A stretch of 37,015 bases of DNA from a bacterium. GTDB taxonomy: Bacteria > Hydrothermota > 32-111. Shown here one piece after another: positions 1 through 8,279 of the stretch. A program made the position numbers and the translations under genes. The stretch spans positions 1 through 37,015 of the forward strand of contig JAWOBN010000032.1 in assembly GCA_046484245.1 (NCBI GenBank), written 5' to 3'. The notes below the pieces were generated by a model. It searched no databases, had not been told where the DNA came from, and worked only from the letters and a program-made list of their open reading frames with translations. Within the stretch, counting starts at the first letter, position 1; each line of letters opens with the position of its first letter.

Positions 1-238
1 TTAGTTTCATCATGAATTGGGCTAATGATGTGTTATTCCTATGTACAAGTAGATGATAATGATTCCTGATAACAGCATATGCATGAATATCCATATCTGT
101 CAATTCCAGCACTTGATTTAATATATTGAGAAAAGCTCCCATATCATCATTGGAAAAATATAATGGATTTTTTCTTTGCCCTCTGGCAAAGAGATGATAA
201 TAATAGCCTTTCTTATCAATTCTCGCACTACGTGACAT
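1..238 (-). mobile_element. Y1/HUH transposase (IS200/IS605 TnpA or REP-associated RAYT family), 5' part, runs off the window edge
   Basis: Manual translation from the ATG at 238 is open to the edge: MSRSARIDKKGYYYHLFARGQRKNPLYFSNDDMGAFLNILNQVLELTDMDIHAYAVIRNHYHLLVHRNNTSLAQFMMKL. It has the YH-xx-RG start and the NHYHLL HUH motif. Not in the ORF track. Confidence 0.85.
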
Positions 239-244
239 AATTAT

Positions 245-272
245 ATTTTAACAGAAATTGCAAGAATTGCAA
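245..272 (-). promoter_or_regulatory. sigma-70 promoter of the transposase (leaderless type)
   Basis: TTGCAA-16 nt-TAAAAT with an extended TGn; the -10 ends 6 nt before the ATG at 238. Confidence 0.55.
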
Positions 273-303
273 GGGTCGTCCCCGGGATTTGGAGTGGGGC
301 TTA

Positions 304-331
304 TTGACAGGGTGTGTCAATTGATTATAGT
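304..331 (+). promoter_or_regulatory. sigma-70 promoter of the GH3 gene (leaderless type)
   Basis: TTGACA (304-309)-16 nt-TATAGT (326-331), 6 nt before the ATG at 338; no SD. Confidence 0.7.
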
Positions 332-337
332 TGATTT

Positions 338-1384
338 ATGAGATATTTGATATCAATATTACTCACCATTGTTATGGTATTGTCTGTCAGTGCATATTCA
401 ATAAGCAGGTCTGTTTTAGAGGATTATGTTGACAGGATGGATATCCGTACAATGGCAGAGCAGTTATTTTTTGTCTATGTTCCCAATAATGATGCGCTGC
501 CCTTCACTCCGGGCGGGATTATACCTTCAGCAGGAATACTGAAGGATGCGTATTCCGGGCACAGGACAATTATTGATAAAACTTTACATAATAATATTCC
601 TCCATTCACAGGCATTGACCAGGAGGGCGGCCATGTCAACAGATTCTCCTTTGTGAAAGAGTTCCCGCCAATGTCAGAACTCTCTGATATGGAGAGGGAG
701 AAGGCAGCAGATTTAATAGATTCCCAGGCATTGCTTATGAAGAGAGTGGGCATAAGCGTCAATTTTGCACCTGTTGTGGATATTGCTGACAAGCGGGGTG
801 CCAATATGAAACGCATGGGGCGCATTATATCCGAGCACCCTGATACAATCATTGATTTTGCATCCTTCTATATGACATTGATGAAGAAACACCGCATACT
901 CACCACATTGAAGCACTTCCCCGGATACGGCAATACATACTACAATTCGGATGCAGGTAAAACCTATTATGAAGGTACAATTGAGGATTATTCCACAGGC
1001 CTCAATGTATTCTCTCAATTGGCGGACAAATCGGATTTCATAATGGTTTCCAATCTTATATACCCCTTCATTGACTCCATGCCTGCATCAATGAGCAGTG
1101 ATATTATCTCTCAGGCGCGTTTTATGAATAAATACAGTATAATAATCACTGACGATATTGCATGCAAGGCACATGAAAACCCCTTCACTGCACTGAAGAC
1201 ATCATTCAATGCAGGTGCTGACATGTTCATACTGATGGACCATACAATGGCAAAACCCATGAGGGATTCCATTGTTGAATGGATAAACAGGGATGAAATA
1301 GAAGAGGATTATCTGAAAGAAAAATTACTGCGGATAATCCTCAGAAAGGATTATCTCTCCGGGATTATCCGCAGAAATGATTAA
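338..1384 (+). CDS. Glycoside hydrolase family 3 N-terminal domain protein (NagZ-like beta-N-acetylhexosaminidase), with signal peptide
   Basis: GIDQEGGHVNR, NFAPVVD, KHFPGYG, IITDD and AGADM motifs; hydrophobic N-terminus. Confidence 0.85.
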   Translation: MRYLISILLTIVMVLSVSAYSISRSVLEDYVDRMDIRTMAEQLFFVYVPNNDALPFTPGGIIPSAGILKDAYSGHRTIIDKTLHNNIPPFTGIDQEGGHVNRFSFVKEFPPMSELSDMEREKAADLIDSQALLMKRVGISVNFAPVVDIADKRGANMKRMGRIISEHPDTIIDFASFYMTLMKKHRILTTLKHFPGYGNTYYNSDAGKTYYEGTIEDYSTGLNVFSQLADKSDFIMVSNLIYPFIDSMPASMSSDIISQARFMNKYSIIITDDIACKAHENPFTALKTSFNAGADMFILMDHTMAKPMRDSIVEWINRDEIEEDYLKEKLLRIILRKDYLSGIIRRND

Positions 1385-3375
1385 TACTTCATTATTCTTC
1401 TTACTGTTTTCTTGCTGCTGCCTTCAAGCTGCACAAAATAGATCCCTGATGCCATTTCAGAGAAACCTTTCAGCTCTGCACTACCTTCAACTGCAAGTGC
1501 TTTCTCCATTCTCAGATTACCCGCAATATCATATACACTTACTGAATGATAATCAGAAGCAGATTCAATATACAGTATATCGTTCATCAGGTAAACATAC
1601 ACATCAGAAGCCTGTGACGGTATATTGAATATAAAACTCCTCTTGGTTGTATTATTGACAATATAGTCAATTGTATAGAATCCTGATGACTGGGAAGAAT
1701 TCAATTTATACTTTGTGGTGAATTCTGATGTATTCTGCCTGTCCATCTCCTCTGAATTGCGTGATAATGTGAGATAACCTGTCCGGGGCTGTGCGATCAT
1801 CACTGTAAATGCAATTCCTGCCGGGCTTATTGAATAATTCACATTGAGCTGATTGACTGATGTATAACTCGGTTCAAAACGCCTGTCCATACGGAACAGG
1901 CTATCTGTTGTTGTGCCGAGTAAATCAACAAGGTTATGCTGTTCCATATAGGATATGGGGAATGAGAAGAATGCAGTGCGGTGATCCAATGCTTCAAAGG
2001 TCACACCGGAATTATAGGTCGCCTTCTGAGTTGGCGGAAATTCAAATGCCGGTGCAGGTGTACCGTCAACAAGAGCAGTATCCGCAGGCCAGAAGAAATC
2101 AGGTTCATTGACAGTCTCCACCTTGAATTCACCCACTGTCTTTGCGTACATACTGCCCTTTACAGCAATATGCGTATTATCATTCAGATTAGTGCCCTGA
2201 AAATCCACACCATAATAATTATACAGTATGTCAGGCTTTATTGAATATACAGCAGTTGCGAGATTCTCACCACTCATAATCATATTACCGCCGTAATTCA
2301 TATAGTATATCATATTATCCAGGTCCTCTGCATACAGCAGACCATCCGCATATCTCATACCTGTAAACAGTATCACGCCCTGATACATGGACAGAACTTC
2401 ATAAGAAGGCAGCTTGTCACCAGGCGGTATATCAGCTTTCTCATAATCAATTTCAAGTACTGCCATTGCTTTGTAAATATCTTCAGGTAGCTTTGAACCA
2501 CTGTGATTGATTACAAAGAAGCGTCCTATTGAAAATATCCTCAGTATATCACGGAGATATCCGGCTCTTGCCAATCTGTTCTCTGTTGAATCAGGCAGAG
2601 CTTTCTGATTATTGTTCGGCTCTGACATTGCACCCATGCTGACTGCTGATATATATGATTTCCATGTTACTGTATCCGCCTTATCAGGCAGATAGGGGGT
2701 TGTGCATCCTGATGTTGATTTATATACCTTCTGTTTCGGCTGATAAACAGTTGCAATATGCGTGTAGGGATTTGCAGGGTCATACTTCTCAAAATAGTCA
2801 ATACCCAGATCCGGTTCAGTGTATGCCGGATAACCGAATTCATAAGGAGGCATGAACTGAAAAGAGGTATCCACTCTTATTGTGTCATATCCGCCATAAC
2901 TGCTTGCACTGCCTGTATATTTCATACCAAAATTATAATGAAGAAAATCAGGATACTCCACTTCAAGGAATTCCATTACATTATTTCCTTCCAGATAGAC
3001 ACATCCGGGATTGTATTTGGTTGTATCCGGTTCCATGTAATTCCGGAGCACTTCAACATCTTCAGGTTTCAGTATCTCTGTTTTCGGATCACTGTGACCT
3101 GCTACAATAAAAACAGCTGCATAATCATGTATATCCGGGTATGCCGGCAGTGTATTATCAACTATGAGATTATCACCAAGAACAAATCCCAAATCCTCAA
3201 ATGCCTTTACCAGATTATACTCATAGCCTATCTGCTGCGCGGGATTGTCCGGATTGGAGAAATACAACTGATTGTCATTGTCATAGATAAATATTTGTAC
3301 ATTATTGAAATTCTGTGCATACAATACTGCAAATATCAATAATATACTCAGCAAAAGAATTGTTTTCTTTTTCAT
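1381..3375 (-). CDS. Secreted protein with two repeated alpha/beta modules and a T9SS type A-like C-terminal sorting domain
   Basis: Signal peptide MKKKTILLLSILLIFAVLYA/Q; C-terminus VSVYDIAGN...ASGIYFVQL...RRIMKY; G-rich SD-like run upstream. Confidence 0.7.
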   Translation of the reverse strand: MKKKTILLLSILLIFAVLYAQNFNNVQIFIYDNDNQLYFSNPDNPAQQIGYEYNLVKAFEDLGFVLGDNLIVDNTLPAYPDIHDYAAVFIVAGHSDPKTEILKPEDVEVLRNYMEPDTTKYNPGCVYLEGNNVMEFLEVEYPDFLHYNFGMKYTGSASSYGGYDTIRVDTSFQFMPPYEFGYPAYTEPDLGIDYFEKYDPANPYTHIATVYQPKQKVYKSTSGCTTPYLPDKADTVTWKSYISAVSMGAMSEPNNNQKALPDSTENRLARAGYLRDILRIFSIGRFFVINHSGSKLPEDIYKAMAVLEIDYEKADIPPGDKLPSYEVLSMYQGVILFTGMRYADGLLYAEDLDNMIYYMNYGGNMIMSGENLATAVYSIKPDILYNYYGVDFQGTNLNDNTHIAVKGSMYAKTVGEFKVETVNEPDFFWPADTALVDGTPAPAFEFPPTQKATYNSGVTFEALDHRTAFFSFPISYMEQHNLVDLLGTTTDSLFRMDRRFEPSYTSVNQLNVNYSISPAGIAFTVMIAQPRTGYLTLSRNSEEMDRQNTSEFTTKYKLNSSQSSGFYTIDYIVNNTTKRSFIFNIPSQASDVYVYLMNDILYIESASDYHSVSVYDIAGNLRMEKALAVEGSAELKGFSEMASGIYFVQLEGSSKKTVRRIMKY

Positions 3376-3417
3376 AAAAACCCCCCGGTTTTATTTTCTA
3401 TACTACACAATATAATA

Positions 3418-3433
3418 AGCAAATTCTATGCCA
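3418..3433 (-). promoter_or_regulatory. sigma-54 (-24/-12) promoter
   Basis: Minus strand TGGCATAGAATTTGCT matches TGGCAC-N5-TTGCW with GG-N10-GC spacing, 42 nt upstream of the ATG at 3375. Confidence 0.75.
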
Positions 3434-3496
3434 AATTTCCTCCGGCAAGTTCAGCAGAATATCAACTTAGCAGAGGTATTTGACCATTCTTTTTAC

Positions 3497-3525
3497 AGTA
3501 TATGCAATTATTGCACATTTGTCAA
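3497..3525 (-). promoter_or_regulatory. sigma-70 promoter upstream of the secreted-protein gene
   Basis: TTGACA-17 nt-TATACT on the minus strand. Confidence 0.6.
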
Positions 3526-3545
3526 TATTCTTGTAAAAATTTGCA

Positions 3546-5231
3546 CTACATTGTCGGGGGCGGCACCTCCTCCTCCAGTTCATGTTCATCCTCATGTCTG
3601 ATTGCAATATATATGGATTTGCCTATATTGAAAACAAGGAGGAACAGTGCTGCAAAGAAGAATATCAGTGAACCCCATGAGACAGTGGTGAATGTCTCAA
3701 ATAACCAGTAGAAGATTGTAATGAGTATTAGAAGCACAAGATAGTACTTGCCTTCAGCAGACGGTCTGTGATTATCCCTTGCCCTGGCGATTACAAAGGA
3801 TGCGATAAGTACAGCCATTACAACAAACCAGCCGCCCAGTATCCTTGCCAGAAGCGGATAGTCACCATAGGGCTCCTTGAATTCATTTATTACAGAGAAT
3901 ATAAGGAGGATTATCAGTGAACCGGGCACAATGTATTTGATGCATATCTCCCAGAATCTGTTGAGTGCCCTCTCTGAAACACTGTTGGAGAAATCCTTCA
4001 GTTTATCTGCACCGAATATCCAGCCTACCAGTATTGCTTCAAGCAGTCCCACAACAACAAGACCGTATGACAATATCCAGTGATCAACAATATCCAGCCA
4101 GAAGAGACCGCTTCTTGTTGCATATAATATGCCCAGCAGAACATTGATGCCTATGATAATGGATGTTGCCTTCATTCTGGAGATGCCGAATTTATCCTTT
4201 AGTCCTGTTACAACTGCTTCAACAAGTGAGACAAGGGATGTGAGTCCCAAGAAGAGCAGCATGGAGAAGAACAGTATGCCGAATATATGCGGTATGCCGG
4301 GGATTTTGGATATTGCCTCAGGATAGGTCATAAATGCAAGACCCGGACCTGAAAGGGAGAGTGAATCCATTGAAACATTACTGGAGAAAGCAAGGAATCC
4401 CACTGTTGAGAAAACCGTGATGCCTGCGAAGAATTCCACTATGCCATTGGCAAATCCTGTTATATTGGCATTATTGGTAATATCCTCATTATTGTCCCTG
4501 TATGATGCATAGGCAATAAGTATGCCGAATCCAAGGGAGAGTGTGAAGAATATCTGCGAGAATGCCTCAAGCCAGACCCTCGGGTCTGTCAATTTACTGA
4601 AATCCGGATTGAATAATTTGGAGAGGCCTGTCATTGCACCGGGCAGTGTCACACCTCTTATCAGCAGTGTGAGCAGGATAATGAAAGACACAGGCAGTAT
4701 TATCTGATTGAAACGGCCCAAAGTTCTTACACCCTTGGCAATAATCACCCAGACAATGATCCATGTGACTGCTACTCCCAGAAATACCCGGGGAAGAACA
4801 ACACCGAACTCAAATGGTCCACTGCTTATATTAATGATATTATTCATGAAGAAATCCGTTGCCCCGATGTCAGCCCATGCAAGAGTCACTGAAGAGAAGA
4901 GATAAGACCATGACCATGAGAGTATTATTGCATAGTATGAACATATCACAGTCCCTATGAATATGGCGAACCAGCCGAGCCATTCCCTGCGCTTTGATAT
5001 CATTGCAAAGGACTTTGCAGCAGATCCCTGCATTCTCTGCCCGAGACCTGTTTCCATTATGAGCAGCGGGATTCCCGCAAATATCAGGGCTACAAAATAC
5101 GGTATGAGAAATGCTCCCCCGCCATTCTTATAGGCAATATAGGGGAATCTCCAGATATTGCCCAGTCCCACTGCAGAACCTATTGTTGCAAGCACAAATG
5201 CGGGTCTTGAAGTCCAGCGTTCTCTTTTCAT
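3546..5231 (-). CDS. Sodium-dependent NSS (SNF) family amino acid transporter
   Basis: RERW...IGSAVGLGNIWRFPY...GGGAFLIPY, QIFFTLSLGFG and GPGLAF motifs; many TM segments; SD GAGGAGG. Confidence 0.95.
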   Translation of the reverse strand: MKRERWTSRPAFVLATIGSAVGLGNIWRFPYIAYKNGGGAFLIPYFVALIFAGIPLLIMETGLGQRMQGSAAKSFAMISKRREWLGWFAIFIGTVICSYYAIILSWSWSYLFSSVTLAWADIGATDFFMNNIINISSGPFEFGVVLPRVFLGVAVTWIIVWVIIAKGVRTLGRFNQIILPVSFIILLTLLIRGVTLPGAMTGLSKLFNPDFSKLTDPRVWLEAFSQIFFTLSLGFGILIAYASYRDNNEDITNNANITGFANGIVEFFAGITVFSTVGFLAFSSNVSMDSLSLSGPGLAFMTYPEAISKIPGIPHIFGILFFSMLLFLGLTSLVSLVEAVVTGLKDKFGISRMKATSIIIGINVLLGILYATRSGLFWLDIVDHWILSYGLVVVGLLEAILVGWIFGADKLKDFSNSVSERALNRFWEICIKYIVPGSLIILLIFSVINEFKEPYGDYPLLARILGGWFVVMAVLIASFVIARARDNHRPSAEGKYYLVLLILITIFYWLFETFTTVSWGSLIFFFAALFLLVFNIGKSIYIAIRHEDEHELEEEVPPPTM

Positions 5232-6259
5232 ACTGCCTCCTCATTGAGTTTTTCTGTTATAATGCCTGACATGACAACACGGTCTTTATGATAGACAGCA
5301 GCGATCTGACCGGGTGATACAAATGCTGCAGGTCTGTCAAAATGCAGCCTGCACTGCCCGGTGACGCACTGCAGATGTTTTATCCCCGTGCCTCTATGTC
5401 TGTATCTGATTTTTACTGTAAGTTCATCATAATCAATGTCATCAAATTCTTCAATAATACTCATCTCCAGACCTGCAAAGAGCATCTGCTCTCTCGGTGC
5501 AAGCATAATACGGTTACTTGCTGCATCAATGTCCTTTACATACATTCTCCTGTTGAATCCTTTTTTGAATCCCTTGCGCTGCCCGACAGTAAAATTGAAA
5601 TAACCATTGTGTGAACCAATGACATTGCCGGATGTATCAATAAAATCCCCCTTTTTACTGCTGAAATCATAATATTCCCTGAGGAAATCCGTATAGTCAT
5701 TTTTTATAAAGCATATCTCCTGGGATTCATCACTGTAATCCATCTGTATTTTTCTCTTCTTCAAAAATTCAATATTATCCTTTTTTGACACAGTTGCATT
5801 GCGCGTATTGACAAACCCGCTCAGATCCGTCTTTTTTACTGTTGAAAGAAAATATGACTGGTCTTTGCTTCTGTCAGATGCCTTGCAGATATGTTTATCT
5901 TTGATTTGAACATAATGCCCTGTTGTGAATCTGCCAGCAGCATTCTTACAGGCAAATTCCCTGAGCAGGGGGAATTTTATCAGACGATTGCACATTGCAC
6001 AGGGATTGGGTGTCATGCCCTCAGCATAGGAATGGGCAAAATAATCCATGATGCGCTTCTTGAACAATTCCCTTCTATCAATGAATACCGGGCTCAATCC
6101 AATGCGCCCGGCACCCTCCATTGCCTTCTTTTTTACGGACTTGCCTTCTGTGAGTATCAGAGTCACGGGAATAACATCATATCCCTGCTCCATTAGATCC
6201 ACTGCAACTGCCGTGGAATCAATACCTCCTGAATATCCGACAATCACGCTATCTGACAT
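5228..6259 (-). CDS. mnmA: tRNA-specific 2-thiouridylase
   Basis: SGGIDS, TPNPCAMCN, TGHY, KDQSYFL, ESQEICF, TVGQRKG and PGQ motifs. Confidence 0.95.
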   Translation of the reverse strand: MSDSVIVGYSGGIDSTAVAVDLMEQGYDVIPVTLILTEGKSVKKKAMEGAGRIGLSPVFIDRRELFKKRIMDYFAHSYAEGMTPNPCAMCNRLIKFPLLREFACKNAAGRFTTGHYVQIKDKHICKASDRSKDQSYFLSTVKKTDLSGFVNTRNATVSKKDNIEFLKKRKIQMDYSDESQEICFIKNDYTDFLREYYDFSSKKGDFIDTSGNVIGSHNGYFNFTVGQRKGFKKGFNRRMYVKDIDAASNRIMLAPREQMLFAGLEMSIIEEFDDIDYDELTVKIRYRHRGTGIKHLQCVTGQCRLHFDRPAAFVSPGQIAAVYHKDRVVMSGIITEKLNEEAV

Positions 6260-6265
6260 AGATGG

Positions 6266-6293
6266 ATTATAGCAGGGATTTCATTCAATTCAA
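6266..6293 (-). promoter_or_regulatory. sigma-70 promoter of mnmA (leaderless type)
   Basis: TTGAAT-16 nt-TATAAT with an extended TGc; 6 nt before the ATG at 6259. Confidence 0.7.
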
Positions 6294-6355
6294 CAGTATC
6301 GTTATTCCTCAAAAATAAAGTACTTGAAAGACATATGTTTTCTCATAAATAATAA

Positions 6356-6439
6356 TGAGGCGGGGGCAATTCTCGGAAAGCACCTCCTCTACCCGCGCAT
6401 AACCGGTAATTCGGTGCTGATGAGAATGTGTGAGCCTCA
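6356..6439 (+). ncRNA. Candidate structured RNA of unknown family
   Basis: GC-rich island in an AT-rich spacer with four nested complementary pairs: TGAGGC/GCCTCA, ATTCTC/GAGAAT, AGCACC/GGTGCT, TACC/GGTA. Strand inferred only from G-U extensions. Confidence 0.45.
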
Positions 6440-6621
6440 CCGTCATTACATCAATCGCTATGCTCAATGCTTTTTTGTTAAGAAAACAAACATTACATAA
6501 TAATTTTATTCAGTGAATTTTTCTTATGAGGAAAGACGCAGTATATTCTCTATAATCATTATAGATAAGCACAACTATCTATACCAGGTCAATTATTCTT
6601 TCTGTGAATCACCGGATATGC

Positions 6622-8244
6622 TTACAGTGAAGATACTGTAATAAGGATATAATTGATACTGTTGCCTGAATTATAGAGGGGTGTCATCTGAATATTATAG
6701 GGCAGACTGTCAATAGTGCACCGGCTGCTTACTGCTTTTCTCTTATCTTTCAATTGCCTGACAGAAGACATAAAACTGCCTGATTTGAAATCAATGCCTG
6801 CTGTATTATGAATTGCGGGAAACCGTTTTTCAAAGAGACGGTTTCTCATCAGTATATTGCCGCGCGTATCTGTAATGACTGCAGGTTCTCTATGGAAATA
6901 CCATTCCTCCATTTCCTCATACAGTTCACTGTCTGTGTGATCGTCATCTTCCGGCAGACCTGCAAAGATATAGATGCTGCCCGTGTCCGTCTCCCTCCTG
7001 CACGCCTTGTAATTCATGTCATGCACACTTCCTGCCTGTGATACCCTGCATGTGAGTTCCATGCACTCCCCTGCCCCCAGTTTTCCTATTTTTTTCAATG
7101 CACTGCATTCAGATAAAACCGCCTCTGTATGCATGCCTGTTATCTCCTTTGGTGATGAGGAAGTGATTATCTGCGACTTGTCAGAGCATATAAAAAAGGG
7201 ATAATCCCTGCTGAGTGAATAAATAATGATATCGGTGGAAAGGTCATGCTGTTCAATTGATCTCTCACGGGAATCAGCCATTCTCCGGGAAATAATGTAA
7301 TTATGATATAGAAGGAAGATGATGGACATTATAAAGAATAAAATAAGGATAAGATATATGAATATATGCTGGGACCTGCTGATGTCAGCAGTGGACATCT
7401 TGATATCACTTTCCGGTATCATTGCATATATACACCATTTATTGTTCTGAACCTCCAGGCCTATCCTCGCTGCAAAATACTTCTCCTTGAGATATGCGCC
7501 TGATACAGGAGCATTGGAGAATATAAAATCAGCAGAACAATTGTCAGGCATCCCCGATGTATTGAAATAGTTTTCCGAAAGGATATTCTCCAGCCTGTTC
7601 ACATCCATATGAGGGGGTGAATAGACAAGCCTTCCGGATTCATTGATAACAATGAAGAATGTATTGGGCGTAATATTGAGTTTTGATATGTACATCTCCC
7701 ATATCCTGTTGAAACGCATAAGACCGGTTATTGAACCGGTGAACCTCGTGCCTGAGAATACGGGATGAGCCAGTGCAATTGCCCTGTAATCCTGAACAGC
7801 GAGGAATGGAGCGGATATGACCGGTTTTCTCTCATTGAAGAGGCGTTTATTGTGATACTGATACATTACATTCTCTCCAACTGCCTTTTCATCCTCCGGA
7901 TATGTATATACAATATTCCCCGAAGAGTCCAGGCGTGTCACATTGGAGAACACATCACTGTAATTGAGGTAGAATTTTCTTATAATCACCCTTCCCTCGC
8001 CATTGAATTCCTCTATGTCACTCATTCTGGATATGAAATTGAGGTCTGACTGCATGGAATTGAGATAATCGTATATACCCCTTCTGGCAAGGGTGAGCAT
8101 CTGTTCTGCAATACTCTCGTGATTCTGCAGAATAATCCTCTCAATATAACCTGATATAAGTATCTGATTGATTCCTATGAGTACTATGATTACCACTGCA
8201 GTAAATAAGAATGCAGCTATCAGTGAAGACTTTTTTATTCCCAT
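6622..8244 (-). CDS. Membrane Cache-domain protein with degenerate PAS-like domains and no output domain
   Basis: TM, then a dCache-like region (RLDSSGNIVYTYP, PVISAPF, FIVINESGRLVYSP), a second TM, and PAS-like segments (AVITDTRGNILMRNRLFEK). Confidence 0.7.
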   Translation of the reverse strand: MGIKKSSLIAAFLFTAVVIIVLIGINQILISGYIERIILQNHESIAEQMLTLARRGIYDYLNSMQSDLNFISRMSDIEEFNGEGRVIIRKFYLNYSDVFSNVTRLDSSGNIVYTYPEDEKAVGENVMYQYHNKRLFNERKPVISAPFLAVQDYRAIALAHPVFSGTRFTGSITGLMRFNRIWEMYISKLNITPNTFFIVINESGRLVYSPPHMDVNRLENILSENYFNTSGMPDNCSADFIFSNAPVSGAYLKEKYFAARIGLEVQNNKWCIYAMIPESDIKMSTADISRSQHIFIYLILILFFIMSIIFLLYHNYIISRRMADSRERSIEQHDLSTDIIIYSLSRDYPFFICSDKSQIITSSSPKEITGMHTEAVLSECSALKKIGKLGAGECMELTCRVSQAGSVHDMNYKACRRETDTGSIYIFAGLPEDDDHTDSELYEEMEEWYFHREPAVITDTRGNILMRNRLFEKRFPAIHNTAGIDFKSGSFMSSVRQLKDKRKAVSSRCTIDSLPYNIQMTPLYNSGNSINYILITVSSL

Positions 8245-8250
8245 GAGATA

Positions 8251-8279
8251 ATATTAGATAAAGAAATGCTTTTTGTCAA
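8251..8279 (-). promoter_or_regulatory. sigma-70 promoter of the Cache gene (leaderless type)
   Basis: TTGACA-17 nt-TAATAT, 6 nt before the ATG at 8244. Confidence 0.65.

Noticed and set aside
6338..6534. Retron msr/msd, 6S RNA, SRP RNA, tRNA-Sec or riboswitch identity for the intergenic structure
   Set aside because: No reverse transcriptase in the window; arms too asymmetric for 6S; no SRP helix-8 motif, T-loop/anticodon arm or complete riboswitch consensus.
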